A program made the translations under genes and the position numbers. The notes under the pieces were generated by a model. That model ran no database searches and was not told where the DNA came from. It was given only the letters and a program-made list of their open reading frames with translations. DNA of 63,891 bases, filler included, from Octopus bimaculoides (lineage: Eukaryota): NCBI RefSeq assembly GCF_001194135.2. It is 5 parts of 5 records of this genome, joined end to end, with 100 filler letters (N's around TTAATTAATTAA, not from the genome) between each part and the next. Parts side by side here need not be neighbours in the genome. Positions count along the whole stretch, not along the records: positions 30,699 to 45,375 come from NC_069001.1; positions 45,476 to 56,618 come from NC_068984.1; 3 more parts are not named here. The stretch is one strand, 5' to 3'. Below, one piece after another: positions 37,674 to 50,640 of the stretch. The first letter of the stretch is position 1. Every line of letters starts with the position of its first letter.

Positions 37674-40600
37674 TACGTACGTACGAATGAATGTACGTAC
37701 GTACGAACGAACGTACGTACGTACGAACGATCGATCGTACGTATGAACAAATGATCGAAGGAAGGAAAGAACGTGCGTACGTAAGTTCGTACGTACGAAC
37801 GAATAAACGAAAGAAGGAACGTAATTACGAACGAACGAACGTATGTTCCTACGTACATATATATGAATGAACGAACGAACGAAGGTACGTACGTACGTAC
37901 GAACGAACGTATGTCAGAACGATCGAACGTACGGACGAACGAAAGAATGAACGAACGATCGAACAACGAATTAACGAACAAATGTAGGTACATACGTACG
38001 AACGATCGAACAAACGTATGTACGACGGTAGGAACGAACGAATGAACGAACAAACGAAAGAACGAACGAAAGTACGTACGTACGAACGAACGAGCGAAAG
38101 ATTGAAAGAACGAACGTACGTATGAAAAAAAAACGAACGAACAAAGAAACGGACAAACGTACGTACGAACGAAAGAACGAACGAACGTACGTAAGTTCGA
38201 AAAAAAAACGAACGAACGAAGAATTGAACGTACGTATGTACGAACGAACAAACGAACAAACGAAAGAATGAACGAACGATTGAACGAAAGAATGTACGTA
38301 CGAAAGAACGAACGAACAAACAAACGTACGTACGTACGTGCGAAGGAACGAACGAACGAACGAGCGAAAGAACGAACGAAGTAACGAAAGAATGGACGAA
38401 CGAACAAGGCAACGATCGAGCAAGCGTAAGAACCTACGTACGTACTTATGTACGAACAAACGAAGGAACTAACGAATGAACGTACGTACTTACGTACGTA
38501 AGAACGAACGAACGTACAAAAGAACTAACGTACGTCCGTACGTACGAACGAACGAAGTTAAGGAACGAACGAACAAACGAACGAAAGAACGATTGAACGT
38601 ATGTACGTACATACGTAAGAATGAACGTACGAACGAGCGTACGTGCGTACGAATGAATGAACGTACGTACGTTCGAACGATCGAAAGAAGGAAAGAACGA
38701 AGTAACGAATGAACGTACGTACTTACGAACGAACGAAAGAAAGAACGAACGTACGTACGTATGTACGTAAGTACGAACGAACGAAGGTACGTACGTACGT
38801 TCGTACGTAAGTACGAACAAACGATCGAACGAACGAAAGAAAGAACGAACGTAATTACGGACGTACGAACGAACGTACGTAGATACATATATAAGTACCT
38901 ACGTACGAACGAACGTAACAACGAAGGAACGAACAAACAACAGAACGAACGAACTAAAGAACGAATGTACGCACGTACGTAAGTAGGAACGAACGTACGC
39001 ACGTATGTACGTACGTACGAAACATGAAATAAGCGAATGAAAGAACGTAAGTATGTACGTAAGAACGAAGAAACGAAAGAATTAACGAACGAACGAAAGA
39101 AGGAAAGAAAGATCAAACAAACGTACGCACGTACGTACGGACGAACGAACGTACGTACGGACGAACGAACGTACGTACGTACAAAGGAATGAACGAAATA
39201 ACGTACGAAAGAACGCGCGAACGAACGAACAAACTAACAAACGTACGCCCGTACGTACGAACGAACGAACGTACGAACGATTGAACGAAAGAATGTACGT
39301 ACGTACGAAAGAACGAACGAACGAAAAAACGTACGTACGTGCGAAGGAAGGACCGAACGAACGACTGATCGTACGTACGGAAGAACGAAACAAACGAACG
39401 AACGAACAAAAGAACGAACGAAAGAATGGACGAACGAACGAACGATAGAGCGATCGAGCAAACGAAATAAACTACGTACGTACGTATGTACGAACAAACG
39501 AAGGAACGAATGAACAAACAAACATACGTACGTAGGAACGAACGCATGTGCGAACGAAAGAAAGATCGAACGAAAAAACAAACGAACGTACGTACATACC
39601 TCCGTACGTTAGAACGAGCGAATGAACGAAAGAACGATTGAACGCATGTACGTACATACGTAAGAATGAACGTACGAACGAGCGTACGTGCGTACGAATG
39701 AATGAACGTACGTTCTAACGATCGAAAGAAGGAAAGAACGAAGTAACGAATGAACGTACGTACTTAGGTAAGAACGAACGAACGAAAGAAAGAACTAAGG
39801 AAAGAAAGAAAGAACGAACGAACGTACGTACGTACGTATGTACGCAAGTACGAAGGTACGTACGTACGTACGTACGTAAGTACGAACGAACGATCGAACG
39901 AACGAACTTACGTTCGTACGTACATTCATTCTTTCGTTCGTTCGTTCGTACGTAGGTTCGTACGTACGTTCGTTAGTTCGTAGTTCGTTCATTCATTCAT
40001 ACATATATACATATGTAAATACGTACGTTCGATCGTTCGTTCGTTGGTTCTTTCGTTCGTTCATTTCGTTGGTATCTCGTACGTACGTACGAATGAGCGA
40101 ACGAACGATATGAACGAACTAACGAACGAACAAACGAACGAACGAACGTACGTATATTCGTACTTACATATGTATGAATGAACGATCGAACGAACGAGCG
40201 TGCGTATGTTCGAACGTACATACGTATAAATGAATGAACGTACGTACGTACGAACGAACGAGCGAAAGATTGAAAGAACGAACGTACGTATGAAAAAAAA
40301 CGAACGAACAAAGAAATGAACGTACGTATGTACGAACGAACAAACGAACGATAGAACGAACGTAGGTATCTATGTACTTGCGAACGACCGAGCAAACTTA
40401 CGTAAGTAGGTACATATGTACGTACGAACGAACAAACGAACAAAGTAACGAACGTACGCGCGTACGTACTTTCGGTCATTCTTACGCGCGTACGTTCTTT
40501 CGTTCATTCGTTCGTTTGTTCGTACGTACGTACGATCATTCGTTCGTACGTACGTTCGTTAGTTCGTACGTTCGTTCGTTCATTCATTCATACTTATATA

Positions 40601-43600
40601 CATATGTAAATACGTACCTTCGTTCGTATCTTTCGTTCGGTCATTTCGTTGATAAGCTCGTGCGAACGAACGATATGAACGAACTAACGAACGAACGAAC
40701 GAACGAACGAACGAACGAACGAACGAACGAACGTACGTACGTATATTCGTACTTTCATATGTATGAATGTACGAACGAGCGTGCGTATGTTCGTACGTAC
40801 ATATATATGAATGAACGAACGAACGAACGTACGTACGAATATACGAACTAACGAATGTACGTACGTACGTACGTACGAACGAACGTACGTACGACGAACG
40901 TACGTACGTACAAACGAACGAAACGTACGTATGAACAAATGATCGAAGGAAGGAAAGAACGTGCGTACGTAAGTAAGTTCGTACGTACGAAAGAAGGAAC
41001 GTAATTACGAACGAACGAATGTACGTATGTTCCTACGTACATATATATGAATGAACGAACGAACGTACGTACGGACGGACGAACAAACGAATGAAACGAA
41101 CGAACGAACGAATGAAACAAACGAATGAACGAACGTATGGCGTACGTACGAAAGAACGAAAGAACTCACGAATGAGGCAACGAACGTACGTCCGTACGTA
41201 TGTACGGATTTACGTACGTAAGTAAGTATGTAAGAACGAACAAACGATCGAATAAACGAATGAACAAAGAAACGGACGAACGAAAGAACGAACGAACGTA
41301 CGTAAGTTCGAAAAAAAAAACGAACGAACAAAGAATTGAACGTACGTATGTACGAACGAACAAACGAACAAACGAAAGAATGAACGAACGATTGAACGAA
41401 AGAATGTACGTACGAAAGAACGAACGAACGAACAAACGTACGTACGTGCGAAGGAACGAACGAACAAACGAACAAACGAAAGAATGAACGAACGATTGAA
41501 CGAAAGAATGTACGTACGAAAGAACGAACGAACAAACAAACGTACGGACGTACGTGCGAAGGAACGAACGAACGAACGAGCGAAAGAACGAACGAAGTAA
41601 CGAAAGAATGAACGAACGAACAAGACAACGATCGAGCAAGCGTAAGAACCTACGTACGTACTTATGTACGAACAAACGAAGGAACGAATGAACAATCAAA
41701 CGTACGTAGGAACGAACGCATTTGCGAACGAAAGAAAGATCGAAGGAGAAAACAAACGAACGTACGTACATACATCCGTACGTAGGAACGATCGAACGAG
41801 TGAACGAACGTACGAACGAAAGAGCTAACGTACGTCCGTACGTACGAACGAACGAAATTAAGGACCGAACGAAAAAACGAACGAAAAACGACTGAACGTA
41901 TGTACGTACATACGTAAGAATGAACGAGCGTACGTACGTACGAATGAATGTACGTACGAACGAACGAACGAAGGAAAGAAGGAAGTAACGAATGAACGTA
42001 CGTACTTACGTACGTAAGAACGAACGAACGAACGAAAGAACGAACAAACGTGCGTACGTACGTATGTACGTATGTACGTAAGTACGAACGAACGAAGCTA
42101 CGTACGAACGAACGAAGGTACGTACGAACGAACGATCGAATGAACGAAAGAAAGAACGTAAGAACGAACGAACGTAATTACGTAGTACGAACCAACGTAC
42201 GTAGGTACGTATATAATTACCTACGTACGAACGAACGTAAATACGTCCGTACGTACGTAACAACGAAGGAACGAACAAACAAATGAACGAACGAACTAAC
42301 GATCGAATGTACGCACGTATGTACGTAGGAACGAACGAACGATTGAACGAACGAACAAACAAGAGACCGAACGAAAGTACGTACGTACGAACGAACGACC
42401 GAGCGAAAGATTGAAAGAACATACGTACGTACGAAAAAAAGAACGAACGAACAAAGAAATGAACATACGTATGTACGTACGAACAAACGAACGGAAGAAC
42501 GATCGAAAGTACGAACGTTCGAAAGTAGGAACGATCGAACGTGGGTATGTATGTACGTACGAACGACCGAACGAACGTACGTAAGTAGGTACATATTTAC
42601 TTACGAACGAACGAGCAAACGAACAAAGTAACGAACGTTCGCGCGTATGTACGAACGTACGTACGTTCGGTCATTCTTACGCACGTACAGTCGTTTGTTC
42701 TTTCTTTCGTTCGTTCGTATTTAGTAACGTACGTACGTTCGTTCGTTGGATCGTTCGTACGTACTTACTTATGAACGTACGTACGTTCATTCGTTCTATA
42801 GTTTGTTCGTTCGTTCGTACGTACGTGCATTCGTTTGTCCTTTCGTTCGATCGTTAATTTGTTCGTTCGTTCGGTAGTTAGTTTCTTCATTCGTTCGCTG
42901 TTTTGTTCGTAGGTACGTACGTACGTACATTAATTCATTCGTACGTACGTACGTACCTACGTGCATATGTGCTTACGTACGTACGTGCGTTTGATCGTTC
43001 TTTCGTTTGTTCATTCGTTATTTCGTTCGTTCGTTCATTCATTCTTTCGTTCGTTCTTTCGTACGTACGTTCGTTCGTTCGCTCGTTTGTTCTTTCGTTC
43101 GTTCGTTCATTTTTCCATTCGTTCGTTCTGTCGATCGTTCGTTCGTTCATTTGTTTGTTTCGTTCGTTCGTTCGTTTGTTCCTTCGTTAGTTTCATACGT
43201 TCGATCGTTTGTTCCTTCGTTAGTTTCATACGTTCGATCGTACGTACGTTCGCTCTTTTGTTCGTTCGTTTGTTCTTTTGTTCGTTCATTTCGTTGGTAA
43301 GCTCGAACGTACGTACCTATGAGAGAACGAACGATATTAACGAACTAACGAACGAACAAAAGAAAGAACGAACGAACAAACGAAAGAATGAACTAACGAA
43401 CGTAAGTATATTCGTAATTACATATGTATGAATGAACGAGCGAACGAACGAGCGTGCGTATGTTCGTACGTACATATGTATGAATGAACGAACGAACGAA
43501 CGAAAGTACGTACGTACGAACGAAGGTACGTACGTACGAACGAAGGTACGTACGTACGAACGAACGATCGTACGTATGAACAAATGATCGAAGGAAGGAA

Positions 43601-45375
43601 AGAACGTGCGTACGTAAGTTCGTACGTACGAACGAATAAACGAAAGAAGGAACGTAATTACGAACGAACGAAAGAACGAACGGACGAAGGTACGTATGTT
43701 CCTACGTACATAAATTTGAACGAACGAACCAACCAACGAACGTACGTACGTACGAACGAACGTATGTCAGAACGAACGAACGTAAGGACGGACGAACGAA
43801 CGACCGAATGAAACGAACGAACGACCTAATGAACGAACGTATGTACATACGTACGAAAGAACTAACGAACGACGCAACGAACGAACGTCCGTACGTATGT
43901 ACGGATTTACGCGCGTAAGTACGTATGTAAGAACGAACGAACGATCAAACATACGAACGAACAAAGAAACGGACGAACGTACGTGCGAACGAAAGAACGA
44001 ACGAACGAACGATTGAACGAACGAACGTACGTAGGTACGAAAAAAAACGAACGAACAAAGAATTGAACGTACGTATGTACGAGCGAACGAACGAACAAAC
44101 GAACTACATAAGTAGGTACATATGTACATACGTACGTATAAACGAACGAACAAACTAACGAACGTACGCACGTACGTACAAACGATCGAACGAACGTACG
44201 TATGAACGAATGAACGAAAGAACGTACGAAAGAAAGAAAGAGCGAACGAACAAACTTACGAACGTACGCACGTACGAACGAACGTACGAAAGAATGAACG
44301 AACGATTGGACGAAAGAATGTACGTACGTACGTGCGAAGGAACGAACGAAGGAACGAACGAAAGAACTAACGAACGAAAGAACGAACGAACGACCGATCG
44401 AACGAAACAAACAAACGAATGAACGACTGAGCGAAGGAGCGAACGAACATACGAACGAACGAAATTAAGGAACGAATGAAATTAAGGAACGAACGAACAA
44501 ACGAACGAAAGAATGATTGAACGTATGTACGTACATACGTAAGAATGAACGTACGAACGAGCGTACGTACGTACGAATGAAAGAAAGTACGTACGTACGA
44601 ACGATCGAACGAACGAACGAAGGACAGAGCGAAGTAACGAATGAACGTAGGTACTTACGTACTTAAGAACGAACGAACGAACGAACGAAAGAACAAACGA
44701 ACATACGTACGTACGTATGTACGTAAGTACGAACGAACGAAGGTACGTACGTACGTACGTACGAACGACCGATCGAATGAAAGAAAGAACGTAAGAACGA
44801 GCGAAAGTAATTACGGACGTACGAACGAACGTACGTAGGTACGTATATAAGTACCTACGTACGAACGAACGTAAATACGTCCGTACGTACGTAACAATGA
44901 ACGAACGAACTAACGAACGAATGTACGCACGTACGTACGTAGGAACGAACGAACGAACGTACGCATGTATGTACGTACGTACGAAACATGAAAGAAACGA
45001 ATGAAAGAATGTAATTACGTACGTAAGAAAGAATTAACGAACAAATGAATGAACGAAAGAAGGAACGAACGATCGAACAAACGAATTAACGAACAAATGT
45101 AGATACATACGTACGAACGAACGAACAAATGAATGAACGAGCGAAAGAACGTATGTACGAAGGAACGAGCGAGCGAAAGATTGAAAGAACGAACGTACGT
45201 ACGTAAAAAAATACGAACGAACAAACGAACGAAAGAACGATCGAAAGAACGAACGATCGAACGAACGAACGTAGGCATGTATGTACGTACGAACGACCGA
45301 ACGAACGTACGTAAGTAGGTACATATGTACGTACGAACGAACGAACAAACGAACAAAGTAACGTACGTAAGTAGG
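37674..45375. repeat. Complex CpG-rich tetramer satellite (ACGA/ACGT and variants), array 1, with kb-scale higher-order repeats and internal inversions
   Basis: 4-nt phased mosaic. The marker atgaacaaatgatcgaaggaaggaaagaacgtgcgtacgtaag recurs at 37743, 40931 and 43576. Strand polarity flips at about 39910, 40075, 40470, 40650, 42665 and 43295. Confidence 0.95.
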
Positions 45376-45475
45376 NNNNNNNNNNNNNNNNNNNNNNNNN
45401 NNNNNNNNNNNNNNNNNNNTTAATTAATTAANNNNNNNNNNNNNNNNNNNNNNNNNNNNNNNNNNNNNNNNNNNN
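45376..45475. other. Artificial scaffold join (44 N + TTAATTAATTAA + 44 N)
   Basis: Same construct as 30599-30698. Confidence 0.95.
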
Positions 45476-45784
45476 ATATGTATATGTATTTTTCCATATG
45501 TGTATTTTCATACACTGTTTTTAACATTTTCATTTTAATATCAGAGAATGTGTGATAATCAGTATGTAACAATACAAAGCTTTATACTTTAAATATATTT
45601 TATCATCAAAGAATGTATATATGCATTTTAATTCTCGAACTGTTTTTTAACATTTTTTATTATTCTCAAAGACTTTTGATAATCTTTTTCTAAAAAAGTG
45701 AAACCGGTTAAGTAAATAAATATTTTTAAAAAATAAGTGCATTTTCAAACCTTCTTTCATATATATATATATATATATATATGC

Positions 45785-45804
<20 letters not shown>

Positions 45805-45816
<12 letters not shown>

Positions 45817-46045
45817 CTGTCTCCTTGTCTTGACATCATGCAACAATTGTATGGCAATGAAATGTGTATTACTGCCATATGAATGATATTCATTTCCAAT
45901 TTTCCATGAAAATTTGTCCATGGGGAAATATCATGTTGCTTGGATACACAGGTGAGGGCTGCTAAGAAACGGTATCTGGTCATGGAAGCATCTGGTTCAA
46001 TGAATTACATCTGAACCATGCAAACAAAGAAAACGAACATTTAAA
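45805..46045 (+). mobile_element. 3' half of a family B SINE variant with an RTE-type tail
   Basis: Follows (TA)n(TG)n. gtttctgtctccttgtcttgacatc...ccatggggaaatat..ttgcttgga..caggtgagggctg...ccatgcaaac..gaaaacgaacatttaaatgatgacg. The start matches the reverse complement of 53185-53265, and the end is homologous to the reverse complement of 51775-51900. Confidence 0.7.
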
Positions 46046-46094
46046 TGATGACGACGATGATGACGACGATGACGATGATGATGGAGACGATGAC

Positions 46095-46128
<34 letters not shown>

Positions 46129-46221
46129 ACGAGGGAGACGATTATGATGCTGATGATGAAGATGATGACGATGATGATGACGATGATGATGATGGTGATG
46201 ATGATGATGGTGATGATGATG

Positions 46222-46253
<32 letters not shown>

Positions 46254-46332
46254 GATGATGATGGTGATGATGATGGTGATGATGATGATGATGATGATGA
46301 GGAGGAGGAGGAGGAGGAGGAGGATGGAGACA

Positions 46333-46364
<32 letters not shown>

Positions 46365-46385
46365 TGATGAATGATGAATGATGAT
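46045..46385. repeat. (GAT)n tract with GAC/GGT/GAG variants
   Basis: Direct; contiguous with the SINE tail. Confidence 0.95.
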
Positions 46386-46493
46386 TTAAAAACTCCTATG
46401 AAATTTCCATAACTATCTTCTCTATCTTCAAATTCAATTATGGAACAGATTAACACCTGGTGCCTGGCACCAGGTGTATATATCGTCAGCACC

Positions 46494-46535
<42 letters not shown>

Positions 46536-46639
46536 CAAGGTTTCATGTGTACAATACAGTGGGTTGGAAATTTTCATTTAGCTGAGATTATCCATGCAAT
46601 TAGAAAATAGAATCTCCCTCTCTCTTTGGGTGAGTTTAA

Positions 46640-46858
46640 GCCTTTAGCATTTAGATTACTCTGTCAAACGTAACGTTTATCTATTCCCATTGTTTCGAAT
46701 TAATCACTCCTTGTCTTGTTGCTTTGCGATTTTGATGCTGTGATTGTTTATTTTTAGAATGACATTGTCAGGTAGGTGTGAGATGCCAGATCTGGCCAGT
46801 TTGACTATGAAACAAGTAGAATATTTGGGCCAGATGTGGCTGCTTTAGATGCTGAAGA
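46640..46858. mobile_element. piggyBac-like MITE (diverged)
   Basis: Flanked by TTAA at 46636-46639 and 46859-46862. Imperfect TIRs GCCTTTAGCATTTA and (reverse complement) TCTTCAGCATCTA. Confidence 0.55.
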
Positions 46859-47184
46859 TTAAAAGTAAAAAAAAAAAAAAACAGAAAAGCAAAGCAAGAG
46901 AAATATCTTCAAAAAGATGAATTAAATGCAATTTTTGGAAAATACTAAAAATGCAGCATGAAGGGTCTGCTTCCAGTATTCATTTTGCATTGTTTGTATC
47001 GATTATATTCCTAGAGGGAGTTTTTGTCTGCTAATTGCATGGATAATCACAGTTAATCTGAGTTGTCTACCTCGCTGTGTTACTGATGGTTGTGAGATTC
47101 TACAGAGTTGAGTACACAGGATGCTCCACTGAGCAGGTTTTTTATCTCTCTGTATATGTAGTGTGAGAGTAAACAATATGTGTG

Positions 47185-47293
47185 TGTGAGAGAGAGAGAG
47201 AGACAGACAGAGACAGACAGAGACAGACAGACAGATAGAGAGATGTAGAGAGAGAGAGAGAGAGATGTAGAGAGAGAGAGAGATGTAAAGAGG

Positions 47294-47325
<32 letters not shown>

Positions 47326-47602
47326 CAGACAGACAGATAGAGAGATGTAGAGAGAGAGAGAGAGAGATGTAGAGAGAGAGAGAGATGTAAAGAGGGAGAG
47401 AGAGAGAGACAGAGACAGAGACAGACAGACAGACAGACAGAGATGTAGAGAGGGAGAGAGAGACAGACAGACAGAGATGTAGAGAGGGAGAGACAGACAG
47501 ACAGACAGAGATGTAGAGAGGGAGAGAGAGATGTAGAGAGAGATGTAGAGAGAGCAATAGAGAGAGCAATAGAGAGAGCAATAGAGAGGGAGAAGGAGAT
47601 TA

Positions 47603-47637
<35 letters not shown>

Positions 47638-47822
47638 GAGAGCAAAATGGTAAAGACAAGGAAAGAAATGAGTAAGAGAGAAAGAGAGAGGAAGAGAGGA
47701 GATACTTAAGAAAGAGATAAAGAGAAAGTTTGTTAAGATAGATAGACAGATAGAGAAAGAGAGAGGGGGAGATACTTAACAGAGAGATAGAGATGCTGGT
47801 TAAGATAGATAGATAGATAAAT

Positions 47823-47894
<72 letters not shown>

Positions 47895-47938
47895 ATAGAT
47901 TTAGATAGATAGATAGACAGATAGATAGCTAGATAGCT

Positions 47939-47987
<49 letters not shown>

Positions 47988-47988
47988 C

Positions 47989-48030
<42 letters not shown>

Positions 48031-48034
48031 GAAG

Positions 48035-48090
<56 letters not shown>
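47185..48090. repeat. (AG)n/(AGAC)n/(AGAT)n compound tract with an internal block duplication of about 100 bp
   Basis: Direct; the block acagatagagagatgtag(ag)n-atgtag(ag)n-atgtaaagaggg occurs at about 47230 and 47333. Confidence 0.93.
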
Positions 48091-48289
48091 TATTTATTTA
48101 TTTATTCATTCCTTTCCTAATACTTTCAACTTCCCTGACTGAACTGTGAATATAAACACATTGCTGCATGTTCTCTTCCCACCGACACCCAACCTACTCT
48201 GCCCACTCCACTCCCTCCCCCCCACCTCCGTCATCATTGCCATCATTGTTCTCATCATCATCATCATCGTTGTCTGTCGTCATCATTGT

Positions 48290-49960
48290 TACCACCACCA
48301 CCACCACCACCTTCTTCTTCTTCTCCTCCTCCTCCTTCTTCTTCTTTTCTTCTTCTTCTTCTTTTCTTCTTTTCCTTTTTTTCCTTCTTCTTCTTTTCCT
48401 TCTTCTTCTTCTTCTTCTCCTTTTTTTCCTTCTTCTTCTTCTTTTCCTTCTTCTTCTTCTTCTTCTTCTTCTTCTTCTTCTTCTTCTTCTTCTTCTCCTT
48501 CTTCTTTTTCTTCTTTTCCTTCTCCTCCTTCTTCTTCTTTTCCTTCTCCTCCTTCTTCTTCTTCTTCTTCTTCTTCTCCTTCTTCTTTTCCTTCTTCTCC
48601 TTTTCCTTCTCCTCCTTCTTCTTCTTCTTCTTCTTCTTCTTCTTTTCCTTCTTCTTTTCCTTCTTCTTCTTCTTCTTCTTCTTCTTCTTCTTCTTCTTCT
48701 TTCCTTCTTCTTCTTCTTCTTCTTCTTCTTCTTCTTCTTCTTCTATTTCCTTCTTATTCTTCTTCTTCTTCTTCTTCTTCTTCTTCTTCTTCNNNNNNNN
48801 NNNNNNNNNNNNNNNNNNNNNNNNNNNNNNNNNNNNNNNNNNNNNNNNNNNNNNNNNNNNNNNNNNNNNNNNNNNNNNNNNNNNNNNNNNNNNNNNNNNN
48901 NNNNNNNNNNNNNNNNNNNNNNNNNNNNNNNNNNNNNNNNNNNNNNNNNNNNNNNNNNNNNNNNNNNNNNNNNNNNNNNNNNNNNNNNNNNNNNNNNNNN
49001 NNNNNNNNNNNNNNNNNNNNNNNNNNNNNNNNNNNNNNNNNNNNNNNNNNNNNNNNNNNNNNNNNNNNNNNNNNNNNNNNNNNNNNNNNNNNNNNNNNNN
49101 NNNNNNNNNNNNNNNNNNNNNNNNNNNNNNNNNNNNNNNNNNNNNNNNNNNNNNNNNNNNNNNNNNNNNNNNNNNNNNNNNNNNNNNNNNNNNNNNNNNN
49201 NNNNNNNNNNNNNNNNNNNNNNNNNNNNNNNNNNNNNNNNNNNNNNNNNNNNNNNNNNNNNNNNNNNNNNNNNNNNNNNNNNNNNNNNNNNNNNNNNNNN
49301 NNNNNNNNNNNNNNNNNNNNNNNNNNNNNNNNNNNNNNNNNNNNNNNNNNNNNNNNNNNNNNNNNNNNNNNNNNNNNNNNNNNNNNNNNNNNNNNNNNNN
49401 NNNNNNNNNNNNNNNNNNNNNNNNNNNNNNNNNNNNNNNNNNNNNNNNNNNNNNNNNNNNNNNNNNNNNNNNNNNNNNNNNNNNNNNNNNNNNNNNCCAC
49501 CACCACCACCACCACCACCACTGCCACCACCACTGCCGCCGCCACCACCATCACTACCATTACCACCACCACCACCACCACTGCCAAGAGCACCTCCATT
49601 ATTACCATCGCCACCGCCGCTACCACCACCACCACTGCTGCTGCCATTGACAATCACCAATACCACCGTTGCCGCTACCACTACCGCCGCCGCCGCCGCC
49701 GCCGCCACCACCAAAACAACAACAATAACAGCGGCAGTAGCAACAGCAACTTTAACAACAATAAGCAAAACGTAACTATTTGCAGTCACCAACACGACGG
49801 AGAGAAACAAAGACAAAGATTTGTTTGCATCACAAACAAGACTGACACCGACAAAAACAAGACTAAGAACAAGATCAACATCGACAACAGCAACAACAGC
49901 AGTAAAAACAACATCACCAGCCACAACAACAACAACAACAACACTAAAAAATAAGAATCA
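48290..49960. repeat. (CTT/CCT)n and (CAC/CGC/CAA)n tracts on either side of a gap
   Basis: Direct. Confidence 0.93.
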
Positions 49961-50164
49961 TGAACAACTGTGAACATCGTTAAAAATACCAAGAATAATT
50001 GCAATAATTAAAACAATTGCGACAAACTCTAAAAGATATTCTGTAGAAATCGCTGCAACAAATGATTAGTTCACAGAATGGAACTGTGCGAAAGTTCAAC
50101 CAGAAGTGTTAAATACATTGATCACCTTCACTCTCATTGATCACCACCAATGATGATGATGATG

Positions 50165-50640
50165 GTGATCATCATCATCATCATCTTTAACGTCTGTTTT
50201 CTAGTTTTTCATGCTGGTATGGGTTGAATGGTTTGACAAGAGTTGGTTCAAGTTATTTTACCTATTGAGATTATTTTCATTTCATTTCAGTTCAGTTACC
50301 TTTCTATTTGTATATCTATTAATATANNNNNNNNNNNNNNNNNNNTACAACAGATACACAGGAAGATATATATATATATCTTCCTGTGTATCTGTTGTTA
50401 TTCCACCAAGCTGCACCAGGCTCCAGTTGTCTGTTTTAGAATGGTTTCTATGGCAGGATGCCCTTCCTATGCCAACCACTTTACAGAGTGCTTTTTACAT
50501 GATACCAGCACAAGTGCTTTTTATGTGGGGTCACCAAGTAACTTGCAAGACAAAGACACCCCTCAGCTGGGAGGAGGGAGTAGTAGAGAGAGTAGGAGGC
50601 TTTGTGCCAGTTGATGAGAGATTAGAGGTATAGAGGGACA
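50165..50640 (-). mobile_element. RTE-type retroposon 3' end with (GAT)n tail, interrupted by a locally copied segment
   Basis: catcatcatc-tttaacgtctg..catgctggtatgggttg ... gctgcaccaggctcca...ggatgcccttcctatgccaaccact, homologous to 51775-52040. Confidence 0.7.

Noticed and set aside
37556-45356. Long overlapping VRSF/RTYV/NERT ORFs (also at 61364-63673)
   Set aside because: These follow automatically from a 4-nt phased repeat poor in stop codons. They are open in several frames at once, so they are not evidence of coding.
37674-45375. CRISPR-like or prokaryotic repeat system
   Set aside because: There is no constant repeat with unique spacers, no cas-like ORFs, and the context is eukaryotic.
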